Shown: positions 9,788 to 17,775, numbered from the stretch's first letter. The stretch is DNA of 50,625 nucleotides from a virus (IMGVR_UViG_3300001918_000035:1-50625); one strand, 5' to 3'. Made by a program: numbers and translations. Notes: a model not told the origin generated them from the sequence alone.

Positions 9788-10311
9788 GGCGCCACCGCCG
9801 GCGCCGCGCCGCCGCTGGTGAAGGCCTGAAAGAGGTGGTCGGCGATCGCATCCAGCGCAAAGGCCCGGTTGACCTCGTCGAACCCGAGGAACGGCCGCGC
9901 CGGGATCACGACCTTGGCGACGATCCGACCGGCGAAGCTGAGCGCGCCAGCGGCGCGAGGGACGATGGTCGCGCCGAACTGATGTGTCGCCGCGTAGACG
10001 GCGGGGCCGCCTGACGCCTCGACGCCGGCAGCGGCATAGTCGGCGCCCCAGTCCGGCTGGACCGCTCCTCGGAGCATGCCGGAGAGCTGCAGGATCTTCT
10101 CGCCCGGGTTCTCGCGCGTGCGCTCCGTCTGCTTCCATGGCACGCCGTCCGGCCCGCGCTCGGCTTCGAAACGATCATCTGTGGTGGCCGCCAGGTGAAC
10201 GGCGATCTCCTGCATCGGCGCACTCAGATCGACCGCAAGCTCCGCCGCGCGCCGCAGCGCCCGGGTCAGCTCGTCGCCCAGCTCGATTTCGACGTCGATG
10301 CCTCCGCTCAC
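9784..10311 (-). CDS. phage virion morphogenesis protein (Mu gpG / P2 gpS family)
   Basis: RFEAERGPDGVPW, ILQLSGML, YAATHQFG, IPARPFLG motifs. Confidence 0.9.
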   Translation of the reverse strand: MSGGIDVEIELGDELTRALRRAAELAVDLSAPMQEIAVHLAATTDDRFEAERGPDGVPWKQTERTRENPGEKILQLSGMLRGAVQPDWGADYAAAGVEASGGPAVYAATHQFGATIVPRAAGALSFAGRIVAKVVIPARPFLGFDEVNRAFALDAIADHLFQAFTSGGAAPAVAP

Positions 10312-11039
10312 AGGCCATAGTCCTTGAGCCCGCCCGGATAGGCGCGGTCGCCCGGGGCGAAGAGCACCGGGTCGCTCGCCTGCTCCGCCGGCACGAGCGG
10401 TGCGGCCGACGGCACCGGAAGCTTGCCGTCCCGGATACTCTCAAGCATCCGGGTGCTGGCCTTTGCCGCCTCTTCGACGCCTTCGGGCGCGCCGTTCGGA
10501 TAAAGGCTGGCGCGCGCGAGATCGGCGATCGCCTTTTCGATGATGATCGGCACCGAAGCGAGCGGGAGCTGATAGCGGCCCGCCAGGTGCGCCTCGACGA
10601 CGGCCTGCGCATCGGTCAGCCGCGCGACGAGGAGATCGCGGTCGATCCTGCCCGAGCCATCCGCGTCGGTCATCCGCACGACTTCCGGCAGACCGAACCG
10701 GCGCACGAAGCTCTCGATCGTGAGATACGGAGCGCCCCCGTCCGGCATGACCCACGCGCCGTCGATCACCACGATCTCGGCATCGCTTTCGCGCGTCGAG
10801 CCATCCGCCAGCTCGGCGCGCGCGGTGAGCAGATAACGCTCGCCGTCCGTGCCGCCGCCGATCGTCGCCGTAGCGCGCCCGCCGAAGAGCGCCCAGTTCA
10901 GCGTGAGCGGAGCGGCGCCGGCGACGAGGCCTCGCGCGACTGCGCCGATCTCGATCAGCTGCGCGACCGCAATATCGCGGTCGAACTGAAGGTCGAGCTT
11001 GAGCTCCTCGGCCGGCTGCTTGGGGATCGTCTGCATCAT
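10308..11039 (-). CDS. Mu gp36-like head-tail adaptor (DUF1320) with extra ~100-aa N-terminal domain
   Basis: C-terminal PYLT...RFG..E...TD...AHLAGRYQLPL...IADLAR..LY motif. Confidence 0.8.
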   Translation of the reverse strand: MMQTIPKQPAEELKLDLQFDRDIAVAQLIEIGAVARGLVAGAAPLTLNWALFGGRATATIGGGTDGERYLLTARAELADGSTRESDAEIVVIDGAWVMPDGGAPYLTIESFVRRFGLPEVVRMTDADGSGRIDRDLLVARLTDAQAVVEAHLAGRYQLPLASVPIIIEKAIADLARASLYPNGAPEGVEEAAKASTRMLESIRDGKLPVPSAAPLVPAEQASDPVLFAPGDRAYPGGLKDYGL

Positions 11040-11275
11040 TCCAGCCCGAGCGCCGACCGATAGGTCTCGAGGAGCGCATCCGCTTCCTGGCGGACGTTCT
11101 TCTCCATGCGCCTCAGGCGCACGATCGCCCGCATCGTCTTCACGTCATAGCCGTTGGCCTTCGCTTCGGCGTAGACGTCGCGGATATCGTCGGAGATCCC
11201 CTTCTTCTCCTCCTCGAGGCGCTCGACGCGCTCGATGAAGAGCCGCAGCTGCTCGGCGGCGACAGCGTCCGACAT
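11036..11275 (-). CDS. gapR: GapR-like nucleoid-associated protein (DUF2312/UPF0335)
   Basis: AAEQLRLFIERVERLEEEKKGISDDIRDVYAEAKANGYDVKTMRAIVRLR, the hallmark DUF2312 sequence. Confidence 0.92.
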   Translation of the reverse strand: MSDAVAAEQLRLFIERVERLEEEKKGISDDIRDVYAEAKANGYDVKTMRAIVRLRRMEKNVRQEADALLETYRSALGLE

Positions 11276-11892
11276 CAGGCGGCACCCCGCGCGGTCAGGC
11301 GGCCCGCCTCGATCTTCTGGACCAGCTCAGCCTTGGTGTCGTTGCTGTCCCAGGCGATGCCCTCCTCCGTCGCGACCCGCCGCAGCTCGTCGCGCAGCAT
11401 GTCGACCGACACCGGCTTGGGCGCGGTGGGAGTCACGGGCTCGGGCGGAGCGGCGGCTTCCATCGGCGGCGCCGCGGGATCGGCGAACGGCATGCCGCCG
11501 CCCGAGGCCTTCAACGCTTCAATCTCGGCGGCCTGGTCGGCGATTTTCTGCTGGAGATGCGCGATCTCCTCGCCGGTTGCGTCCGATCGAGCCCGCGCCT
11601 TCGCGACACGTTCGCGCTCCAGGGGCTCCAACGCCGCCGCCGCGCCGGCGAGGTTCGCGAACTCGCCGAGGAACTGCGGCCGGCCGGACTCGTCGAAGTA
11701 GTAGACGGCGCGCAACTTGACCGCCTCGCCACCCGACGAACCCTCAGCCTGCTCCAGGACACGCACAGCACCCAGTCGCTCGAGCGCCCGCGCGTCGGCC
11801 GGCGCCATCAGCAGCCGGTCGCCCGGCGCGGCCGGAGTGCGCCCGCCGTTCCGCACGGGGCTGATCGCTTCAACGAGGATGTGGGTGTCCAT
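11275..11892 (-). CDS. hypothetical head-region protein with coiled coil and C-terminal HeH/Rho-N-like motif
   Basis: Follows the capsid gene; C-terminal MLRDELRRVATEEGI...DTKAELVQKI. Confidence 0.6.
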   Translation of the reverse strand: MDTHILVEAISPVRNGGRTPAAPGDRLLMAPADARALERLGAVRVLEQAEGSSGGEAVKLRAVYYFDESGRPQFLGEFANLAGAAAALEPLERERVAKARARSDATGEEIAHLQQKIADQAAEIEALKASGGGMPFADPAAPPMEAAAPPEPVTPTAPKPVSVDMLRDELRRVATEEGIAWDSNDTKAELVQKIEAGRLTARGAA

Positions 11893-11939
11893 GAAAATGC
11901 CTTTCAGCTTGGATGCAAGCGAGCAGTGGGCGGCCCTTC

Positions 11940-11973
11940 GGTGGCGCGGCGCGCCGGAGAGCGCCGCGCCACC
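11940..11973 (-). terminator. strong hairpin downstream of major capsid gene (terminator or processing element)
   Basis: GGTGGCGCGGCGC-gccggaga-GCGCCGCGCCACC, perfect 13-bp stem; no clear U-tract. Confidence 0.5.
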
Positions 11974-11991
11974 TTCAGAGCAGCGACAGGA

Positions 11992-12924
11992 TCAGATCGC
12001 GCCCTGGATCAGGAAGCCGGCGTCGGCGCCGACCAGCTCGGGGCTGAACTCGTCGAAGACATCGTTCAGCCAGCTCCGCACGCCGCCTTCCCAGCGCGCC
12101 GGCGCGACATAGGGATGGTTGCGCAGCTGGTAGGTGTAGCCGAAGCTGGGCAGCCCCATCGCCCGGCCCGCCGCCGCGGCCGGCACATAGGCGAGGATCG
12201 CGTCATCGCCCCAGATGTCGATCGACTCCCCGGCCTCGGTGTCATAGATCGCGTCGCCGAACGCGATGTTGTCGACTTCGAAGTACATCTTCAGCTGCGC
12301 GAGGGTGACCGAGTCCTGCGCGGTGTACTTGAAGTTCTCGAGGATCTTCGGGTGGATCTGCAGCTTCGTCCCGACGGCGCCGCCCATCACCAGCGTGTTG
12401 GGGCGGCGACCGATGCGCTTGCGGATCGTCTCCTTCGCGTCGAACACCACTTCCTTCGGGCTCGAGGCAGGATCGCTCCACTTGTCGGCACCGGCGAGCG
12501 CGAGCTTGTTGCTCGCGGCATAGGCTGCGGCGTTGCGCGCGGCCTCCGCTTGGCTGATCTCCTTGTCGAGCGCGACGACGTTCAGGACGGTGTCGACGCC
12601 GATCCGCTGCAGATCGAGCCCCGGGACGGCCTCGGCCTCCTCCAGATGCTCCTGCGGCGTCTTCGCGGAGAGCGCGCGCTGGATCAGGGAGACGGGCTTG
12701 CCTTCATAGCCGAAGTCCATCTGCCCGATCTGGGCGCCAGGCGCGCGCTTGATCCGCGGGCGCTTGAAGCTCGATCGGTCGAACTCGATTCGCTTCGCCG
12801 CGCGGGTCGGCATCGGAACGGTGGGGAACAGCGCCGAACCAACGAAATCGGCATTCTGATAACCGCGCGCATGCTCGGTCAGCAGGGGATCGACGAGACG
12901 CGCCTGATCGGGGGACATGCTCAT
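11992..12924 (-). CDS. major capsid protein
   Basis: 310 aa after protease and decoration genes; VDPLLTEHARGYQNADFVG..LFP, KWSD..S.P, PSFGYTY, GADAGFLI motifs. Confidence 0.85.
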   Translation of the reverse strand: MSMSPDQARLVDPLLTEHARGYQNADFVGSALFPTVPMPTRAAKRIEFDRSSFKRPRIKRAPGAQIGQMDFGYEGKPVSLIQRALSAKTPQEHLEEAEAVPGLDLQRIGVDTVLNVVALDKEISQAEAARNAAAYAASNKLALAGADKWSDPASSPKEVVFDAKETIRKRIGRRPNTLVMGGAVGTKLQIHPKILENFKYTAQDSVTLAQLKMYFEVDNIAFGDAIYDTEAGESIDIWGDDAILAYVPAAAAGRAMGLPSFGYTYQLRNHPYVAPARWEGGVRSWLNDVFDEFSPELVGADAGFLIQGAI

Positions 12925-13090
12925 TGGGATTGGACCTTCTGCCTTTCTGACGCCGCCTCTGATCGACGGCCGCTGCTGGATGCCGGGCTTCCACCGGCTG
13001 CGGCTTGCGCCTCTTCCACTCCCCCGCGGCGGGGCCGGAGCACGCCCTCCGGCTGGCCCGGACGCATGACGCGCCCGGCTCTCAGGTGTC

Positions 13091-13438
13091 TCAGTTTCGG
13101 ATCTGCAGGATCTCGACCATGCTGCCGGCGCCCGCGGACGGCTGCAGAGCGCGAGCGAGGGTGACGCCCGCCGCCTTCAGGATCGCGCGACCCTGGGCAT
13201 CGGACTGGACCTCCTGCCCGGCGGCAAAGGCGCCGCCCGCTTCGACGATCGTGGTCCCGAGCGCGTTGACCGGGAACTGCTTGCCTGCCTCGACGCCATA
13301 TTCGGAGACACCCATGGCGACGGCGCCGGCGCCAGCCTGGGCCGATTGGCCATTGGCGTCGGGATAGGCGATGAACCGACGGGGGGCGACGGCCGCGGCG
13401 GCGATGGCCGAGAGGGTCAGGATGGGGATCTGCTGCAT
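13091..13438 (-). CDS. capsid decoration/cement protein (DUF2190-like)
   Basis: GVSEYG...G...V...G...VEAGG.F.AG..V.SDAQGRA pattern; between scaffold and capsid genes. Confidence 0.8.
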   Translation of the reverse strand: MQQIPILTLSAIAAAAVAPRRFIAYPDANGQSAQAGAGAVAMGVSEYGVEAGKQFPVNALGTTIVEAGGAFAAGQEVQSDAQGRAILKAAGVTLARALQPSAGAGSMVEILQIRN

Positions 13439-13463
13439 GTTCGTTCCTCAGATGAAGTGCGGG

Positions 13464-14420
13464 TCAGGCGGCCAGCTCGGCCTCGGCCAGCGACACCGCG
13501 GTCATCCACGGCATCTCGGGCTTCTCCGCCTGGATCGCCTTCGCGCGACCATGGATCTTGAGCGCCTTCGGATCGGCGCTGTGCCCGGGCGGCATGGCGA
13601 AGCTGACCGCCGTCTTGGCGCCGGCGCCGGCACCCTTGTCGGCAGGCGCCGCCTCGCCGAGCGACACGAGCGGCTGGGCGCCCGACAGGAGCGCGCGGAA
13701 CTCGTCGGCCGGCGACTTTTCGCCCTCCTCCCCGAAGGAGACCGGCGCGAGCGGCGCCAGCACGTCCAGGATGCCGATCACCTTGGCCTTTGCGGCCGGA
13801 GCCAGCTTGGCCTGGCCGACCAAACCTTCGACGAAGGAGACGTTCGCGGCATGGAAAGCGGCGCGCGCATCGGCGGCGGCTTTCGCTTCGCGCGCTGCGA
13901 TCTCCGCCTCGCGCGCGTCGAGTTCCGCTTCGCGCTCGGCGAAGCTGGCGTTCTTGTCGGTCACCTGGGTCTCCTCGTTTTCGAAAGTGGCGAGGGGCGC
14001 GCTGTCGCTCGCCTCGCTGAAATGGACGGTGCCCAGCCCCTTCACCGCCGGCGCCGCGCCGCCCAGAAAGCCGATGTGCTTCAGGTACCAGGCGCCGGGC
14101 TTCGGGTTCGCGGGATGATCGGGCGGATAGAAGCTGGATGAGATCTTCGGATAGCGGCCGGCATTGACCGCCTCGGCGAAGGCAGGCTCGATCTTGTCGG
14201 CATCGGCGACCAGGCGGTCGCCCTCGACCTTCAGCCCCGCCGCCCAGCCATAGGCGGGGGCGTCGAGCTGCGGATGGCCGACCACCAGCGGCGCCGGATC
14301 GCTCGCAGCATCATAGGACGCGGCGATCGCCGCCAGGTCCGACGCGCCGAAGCTGACCTGCGTGCCCTCCACGGACGTGAAGGTGCCGGTGCGCATGATG
14401 GTGATGGGCTTGCGATCCAT
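13464..14420 (-). CDS. Mu-like prohead protease / scaffold (gpI-like)
   Basis: PLVVGHP...PAYGW, RYPKISSSFY, YLKHIGFLGGAAPAVKGL; Ala/Glu-rich C-terminal scaffold; start at MDRKP preferred over 14495. Confidence 0.85.
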   Translation of the reverse strand: MDRKPITIMRTGTFTSVEGTQVSFGASDLAAIAASYDAASDPAPLVVGHPQLDAPAYGWAAGLKVEGDRLVADADKIEPAFAEAVNAGRYPKISSSFYPPDHPANPKPGAWYLKHIGFLGGAAPAVKGLGTVHFSEASDSAPLATFENEETQVTDKNASFAEREAELDAREAEIAAREAKAAADARAAFHAANVSFVEGLVGQAKLAPAAKAKVIGILDVLAPLAPVSFGEEGEKSPADEFRALLSGAQPLVSLGEAAPADKGAGAGAKTAVSFAMPPGHSADPKALKIHGRAKAIQAEKPEMPWMTAVSLAEAELAA

Positions 14421-14456
14421 GCCCGCCTGAGTGCGGGCTGCGCGCATTGAAAAATG

Positions 14457-14472
14457 CTTCTGCGAACAGAAG
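14457..14472 (-). promoter_or_regulatory. putative late-activator binding site (7-2-7 palindrome) for head-tail operon
   Basis: CTTCTGT-TC-GCAGAAG on minus strand, about 36 nt before the protease ATG; related copies at 16304, 26647, 33203. Confidence 0.55.
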
Positions 14473-14660
14473 CGGCGCGAGGACGGGCCGTCCAATGGCT
14501 CTCGGACCTAAGCCACTAGGGCCGTCCCGCCAAGGCGCTTGTTGGCGAGCTCCCAATCTCAACGATAGCGTACGTCCGACGAATGACGCGAGAGACTCGA
14601 CTCGCGCTTGTCCGATTGCCTAAGCTTACATCTTGCTAGGAACGCTCAGGGGGCACAGGC

Positions 14661-15638
14661 ATGCTGCAGGCAACAGACCGGGAGGTGGTCCGGTTTGATC
14701 TCACCTTCGATACCAACCCGTCTGGGCTTACCGTTCCGATGACCGAGATCGGCACCTATCTTCTGGACCGAGTTCAAGCGGGGCTGGCCGTTTCTGCAAT
14801 CGAGGCCGAAAGATATCTCTTGCTGATTGCCGACGGTCGGATGGTGGCGCTTCCATCCGGCGCTCGAGCCCTATCGCTTCTCTTCCACCTCGGCGATCCA
14901 GATGCGTCTGATGCCTCCGTCATTCATCTGAAGAAGCGCACTTTACGACATTTCCAAAAAGAAGAGGAAGAAGGCCGGGCTGTGTCCGCTCATCTGCTAC
15001 TTTGCCTCGAGCCGGCGACCCCCAGAGGCAGGATTTATCGCGCACTCTTGGAGAAAGTTGTTGGCCTCGGACAGAGCAGGGTGAAACCCGAGTTACAGCG
15101 TCAGCTTAGGCAGGTCTTCCGCGATAAAGAGATTCCAGTCACTGATATTGATGGAAACGAGCGAAAGGCCATCCCAAGGGTAGAACTCCAGCCGGTTGCC
15201 TCGGAACGGCTGAAAGCGGAGCTGCAGGACGGAACAAAAATCGGAACGGTCCGCCTCGTGAACAGCCGAATTGAGGACGGCGGCTTCGATCCGCCCGCCT
15301 TCGCCGAGATAAAGCGCCGCGAGATGGCTTTGAAGGTCGATGTTCCGCTTGGCATGAAGGCTGAGGAGGCGCTTCGGGCTCTCCAGCTTTTCGCGCGCGA
15401 GAACCGATTCGATGAAATGTATGTGCAGTGGGAGCGTCCGAAGCCTGCGTCGGCTGACGAGAGGGTCATGCCGAACCGCGCGAAAATCGATGTGATGAAC
15501 GACGATATCGGAGAGACGCTCTTCGCGCAGCGGCATATCATCAAGCTAGCGGAGCGCATGAACGATTGCGTGCCCGCCCTGCGGGACGATATGATCGATG
15601 CGATGGCCGCCCTGCTCGACCAGGCGCAACGCGGGTGA
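14661..15638 (+). CDS. accessory soluble protein, unknown function (candidate defence component)
   Basis: 325-aa ORF with GGGG/AGG RBS, lower GC than flanks, divergent from the structural operon. Confidence 0.75.
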   Translation: MLQATDREVVRFDLTFDTNPSGLTVPMTEIGTYLLDRVQAGLAVSAIEAERYLLLIADGRMVALPSGARALSLLFHLGDPDASDASVIHLKKRTLRHFQKEEEEGRAVSAHLLLCLEPATPRGRIYRALLEKVVGLGQSRVKPELQRQLRQVFRDKEIPVTDIDGNERKAIPRVELQPVASERLKAELQDGTKIGTVRLVNSRIEDGGFDPPAFAEIKRREMALKVDVPLGMKAEEALRALQLFARENRFDEMYVQWERPKPASADERVMPNRAKIDVMNDDIGETLFAQRHIIKLAERMNDCVPALRDDMIDAMAALLDQAQRG

Positions 15639-15653
15639 AATTGGGCTAACGCT

Positions 15654-16244
15654 TTGACGCTGCTTGCACCTCTACGTTTTTTGACGATTCGGCACCGGTT
15701 TTGGTTCCGATACAACCTCGTTTTGCCCGCAGCAGGGGGCGGAATCGCAGCCGCAACCGTGATGTTCTGGCCTGGCGCAAGTTCACTGGCGGGTAACGCC
15801 GGCCTCCTGAGTCAGCTACAAAATCCACTCGCCATCCTCGGTGGATTTTTCGTGGCTGCGCTGACGCTGATTACTACAGAGAAGAATGGCGTTCTCTCCG
15901 CCAAGATTGGCGGTTCATCGCCGCCCCGCTTGCCACGCGAGCCTGAGCCGCTGAGCCGAAGGAGATTTCTCGCGTATCTGTTTGGATACCTATCTTTCTC
16001 GGCATTCTCATTAGTCATGATTTCGGTAGCAGTGAGCACACTAGCTCCTGGCGCATCTGAAATGATGCCACCGATGGCGCGGCCTTACGTAAAGGGCTTG
16101 GTCACATTCATTCTTGCGACGTGGACATCGCACGTTTTCGTGTCGACGCTTCTTGGCCTCTATTACTTTACGGAGCGCCTGCAGCAGATGGACGTGGAAC
16201 CTCGAGCTGGCCGACCTGCGGCAACTCCTACGCCGGCTGAATAG
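15654..16244 (+). CDS. accessory 4-TM membrane protein (candidate defence effector)
   Basis: Four hydrophobic segments; 15 bp after the previous gene; low GC; TTG start is uncertain. Confidence 0.7.
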   Translation: MTLLAPLRFLTIRHRFWFRYNLVLPAAGGGIAAATVMFWPGASSLAGNAGLLSQLQNPLAILGGFFVAALTLITTEKNGVLSAKIGGSSPPRLPREPEPLSRRRFLAYLFGYLSFSAFSLVMISVAVSTLAPGASEMMPPMARPYVKGLVTFILATWTSHVFVSTLLGLYYFTERLQQMDVEPRAGRPAATPTPAE

Positions 16245-16303
16245 CGCAAACCTCTCGGCGTCGTTCAAGCCGCGCAAATCCTTCGATGTCTACGCCGGCT
16301 GCA

Positions 16304-16319
16304 AGTATGCCCGCTGAAG
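16304..16319 (+). promoter_or_regulatory. putative late-activator binding site upstream of methyltransferase
   Basis: AGTATGC-CC-GCTGAAG, a degenerate copy of the 7-2-7 motif. Confidence 0.4.
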
Positions 16320-16341
16320 CAGTGCGATCTCCCGCGCTGTG

Positions 16342-16449
16342 GCTGACAGGGGAGGCCGGGGCGTAGCAGCGCCCCAAGCCGCGGGATTGCAGCCCGCACC
16401 TCCTGCAGCCCGGGCTGCAGTCAGTTCCCCCGGCGGGCACCCCGCTGGG
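16342..16449 (+). ncRNA. candidate structured cis-regulatory leader RNA of the methyltransferase gene
   Basis: Nested stems GCTGAC/GTCAGT, GGAGG/CCTCC, GGGGCG/CGCCCC, GCGGG/CCCGC, CCCGGCGGG/CCCGCTGGG. Confidence 0.5.
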
Positions 16450-16471
16450 CACGTAGAGCAGATTGAGAAAC

Positions 16472-17308
16472 ATGGAGTCGAGTCCCTTGGAGCCGGTGCG
16501 TCCGGTTCGACCCGCGGCTGCCTATATCGGCGGCAAGCGGAACCTGTCCCGCCGCCTGGTCGCCATGATCGATGGCGTCACTCATGAGGCGTATTGCGAA
16601 CCGTTCGTCGGCATGGGCGGTGTTTTCCTGCGCCGGACGCGGCGGCCGAAAGTGGAGGTCGTGAACGACATCAGCGGCGACGTCGTGACTCTCTTCCGGG
16701 TCCTGCAGGAGCACTATCCATATTTCGTCGACATGCTTCGATGGCGCCTGACCAGCCGGGCAGAGTTCGAGCGTCTGCTGTCCCTGCCTGGTGATCGGCT
16801 GACCGATCTGCAGCGCGCTGCGCGCTTTCTCTACGTCCAACGGACAGCGTTCGGCGGCAAGGTCGCGGGCCGCACCTTCGGCGTCTCGCCAATGACGTCC
16901 GCTCGTTTTGACGTCACGAAGCTGGAACCTCTCCTCGCCGATTTGCACGAACGCCTGGCGGGTGTGGTGATCGAGCGACTTGCATGGTCGGAGTTCCTGG
17001 ATCGCTACGATCGACCTGGAACGCTGTTCTACCTCGATCCGCCTTACTGGGGCTGCGAAGACGACTATGGCCCCGGCGTTTTCGACGGTTCGAACTTTGA
17101 GCGGCTGGCCGACCACCTGGCGCGCCTGAGAGGGCGCTTCATCTTGTCGATCAACGACCGCCCAGAAATTCACCGCTTGTTTTCGCGGTTCCACATTGCT
17201 CCCGCGACGCTGACATATCGGATCAGTGGCGCTCCGACCGACGCCCACGAACTGATTATAAGCAGCCCTGATATTTGCGGTGGACTGAGTGGTCATAACG
17301 GGTGCTAA
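16472..17308 (+). CDS. DNA adenine methyltransferase (Dam/D12 class), orphan
   Basis: YIGGKRNL, YCEPFVGMGGVF, VVND, FYLDPPY, FILSIND motifs. Confidence 0.93.
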   Translation: MESSPLEPVRPVRPAAAYIGGKRNLSRRLVAMIDGVTHEAYCEPFVGMGGVFLRRTRRPKVEVVNDISGDVVTLFRVLQEHYPYFVDMLRWRLTSRAEFERLLSLPGDRLTDLQRAARFLYVQRTAFGGKVAGRTFGVSPMTSARFDVTKLEPLLADLHERLAGVVIERLAWSEFLDRYDRPGTLFYLDPPYWGCEDDYGPGVFDGSNFERLADHLARLRGRFILSINDRPEIHRLFSRFHIAPATLTYRISGAPTDAHELIISSPDICGGLSGHNGC

Positions 17309-17344
17309 CACCTTGACCCGCACGCTGGCCAACTTCATGAATCG

Positions 17345-17613
17345 GCCAGGTGTCCGTACCGTCCTTTTCCTCCGGCTCCGGCAGCGCTCCCTAATCGGCG
17401 CGGGGGGCCAGTCGGGCTCTCCGGAGGCCGGGCTCTGCCCGGGGCAAGAAAAGGAGACCGCCTATGCGACGCGTCTTTGTGCGCTCGTATACGCGCTGGC
17501 GGCTTGGCCGGGTGGAGGCTGTGAGGGCCCACACCCGGCGCTGGCCTAACCAGTTCGTGTTCTCGTTCGTGAAGTAGCAACACTCTCGATCGGCGGTACG
17601 GGCACCACCTGGC
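17345..17613 (+). ncRNA. candidate structured transcript with paired 5'/3' ends enclosing a small ORF
   Basis: GCCAGGTG-TCCGTACCGTC (17345-17363) complementary to GGCGGTACGGG-cac-CACCTGGC (17592-17613); TTGACC at 17313 upstream. Confidence 0.5.
17464..17577 (+). CDS. 37-aa Arg-rich peptide MRRVFVRSYTRWRLGRVEAVRAHTRRWPNQFVFSFVK
   Basis: AAGGAG RBS at 17451-17456, ATG 17464, TAG 17575-17577; below the ORF-track size cut-off. Confidence 0.65.
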   Translation: MRRVFVRSYTRWRLGRVEAVRAHTRRWPNQFVFSFVK

Positions 17614-17760
17614 AGATCATTCGAACCACCAGCCGAATGATACCGGTCCGCAAGCGCGACGATACGAATCGCGCCCGCCGTATGTCAAACGTTGTATGGC
17701 CATTTCGGACGAGCTGCGCAGACCTGCAGAACAAAGCCGGTGTGCTTGCGCGAATCGGCA

Positions 17761-17775
17761 GAACGCCGCCAGAAC
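17761..17775 (+). promoter_or_regulatory. alphaproteobacterial LexA (SOS) box
   Basis: GAAC-GCCGCCA-GAAC, exact GAAC-N7-GAAC, intergenic, just downstream of a TTGCGC -35-like hexamer. Confidence 0.65.

Noticed and set aside
2731-13164. Long plus-strand ORFs (2731..4263, 5112..6341, 8394..9680, 11557..13164 and others)
   Set aside because: Antisense shadows of high-GC structural genes with no motifs
14421-14495. Upstream extension of protease ORF to 14495
   Set aside because: Overlaps the putative late promoter motif; protease-like sequence begins at MDRKPITIMRTG
16342-16425. tRNA gene (cloverleaf-like fold)
   Set aside because: No T-loop GTTC, D-loop or CCA features
16245-16471. com-like Zn-finger gene before the methyltransferase
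   Set aside because: No plus-strand ORF with paired CxxC motifs found
17553-17568. GTTC repeats as a second LexA box
   Set aside because: Spacing is N2/N8 rather than N7, and it lies within the small ORF
17345-17613. Retron msr-msd (terminal inverted repeats)
   Set aside because: No reverse transcriptase recognised in the window, and the element contains an ORF with a strong RBS
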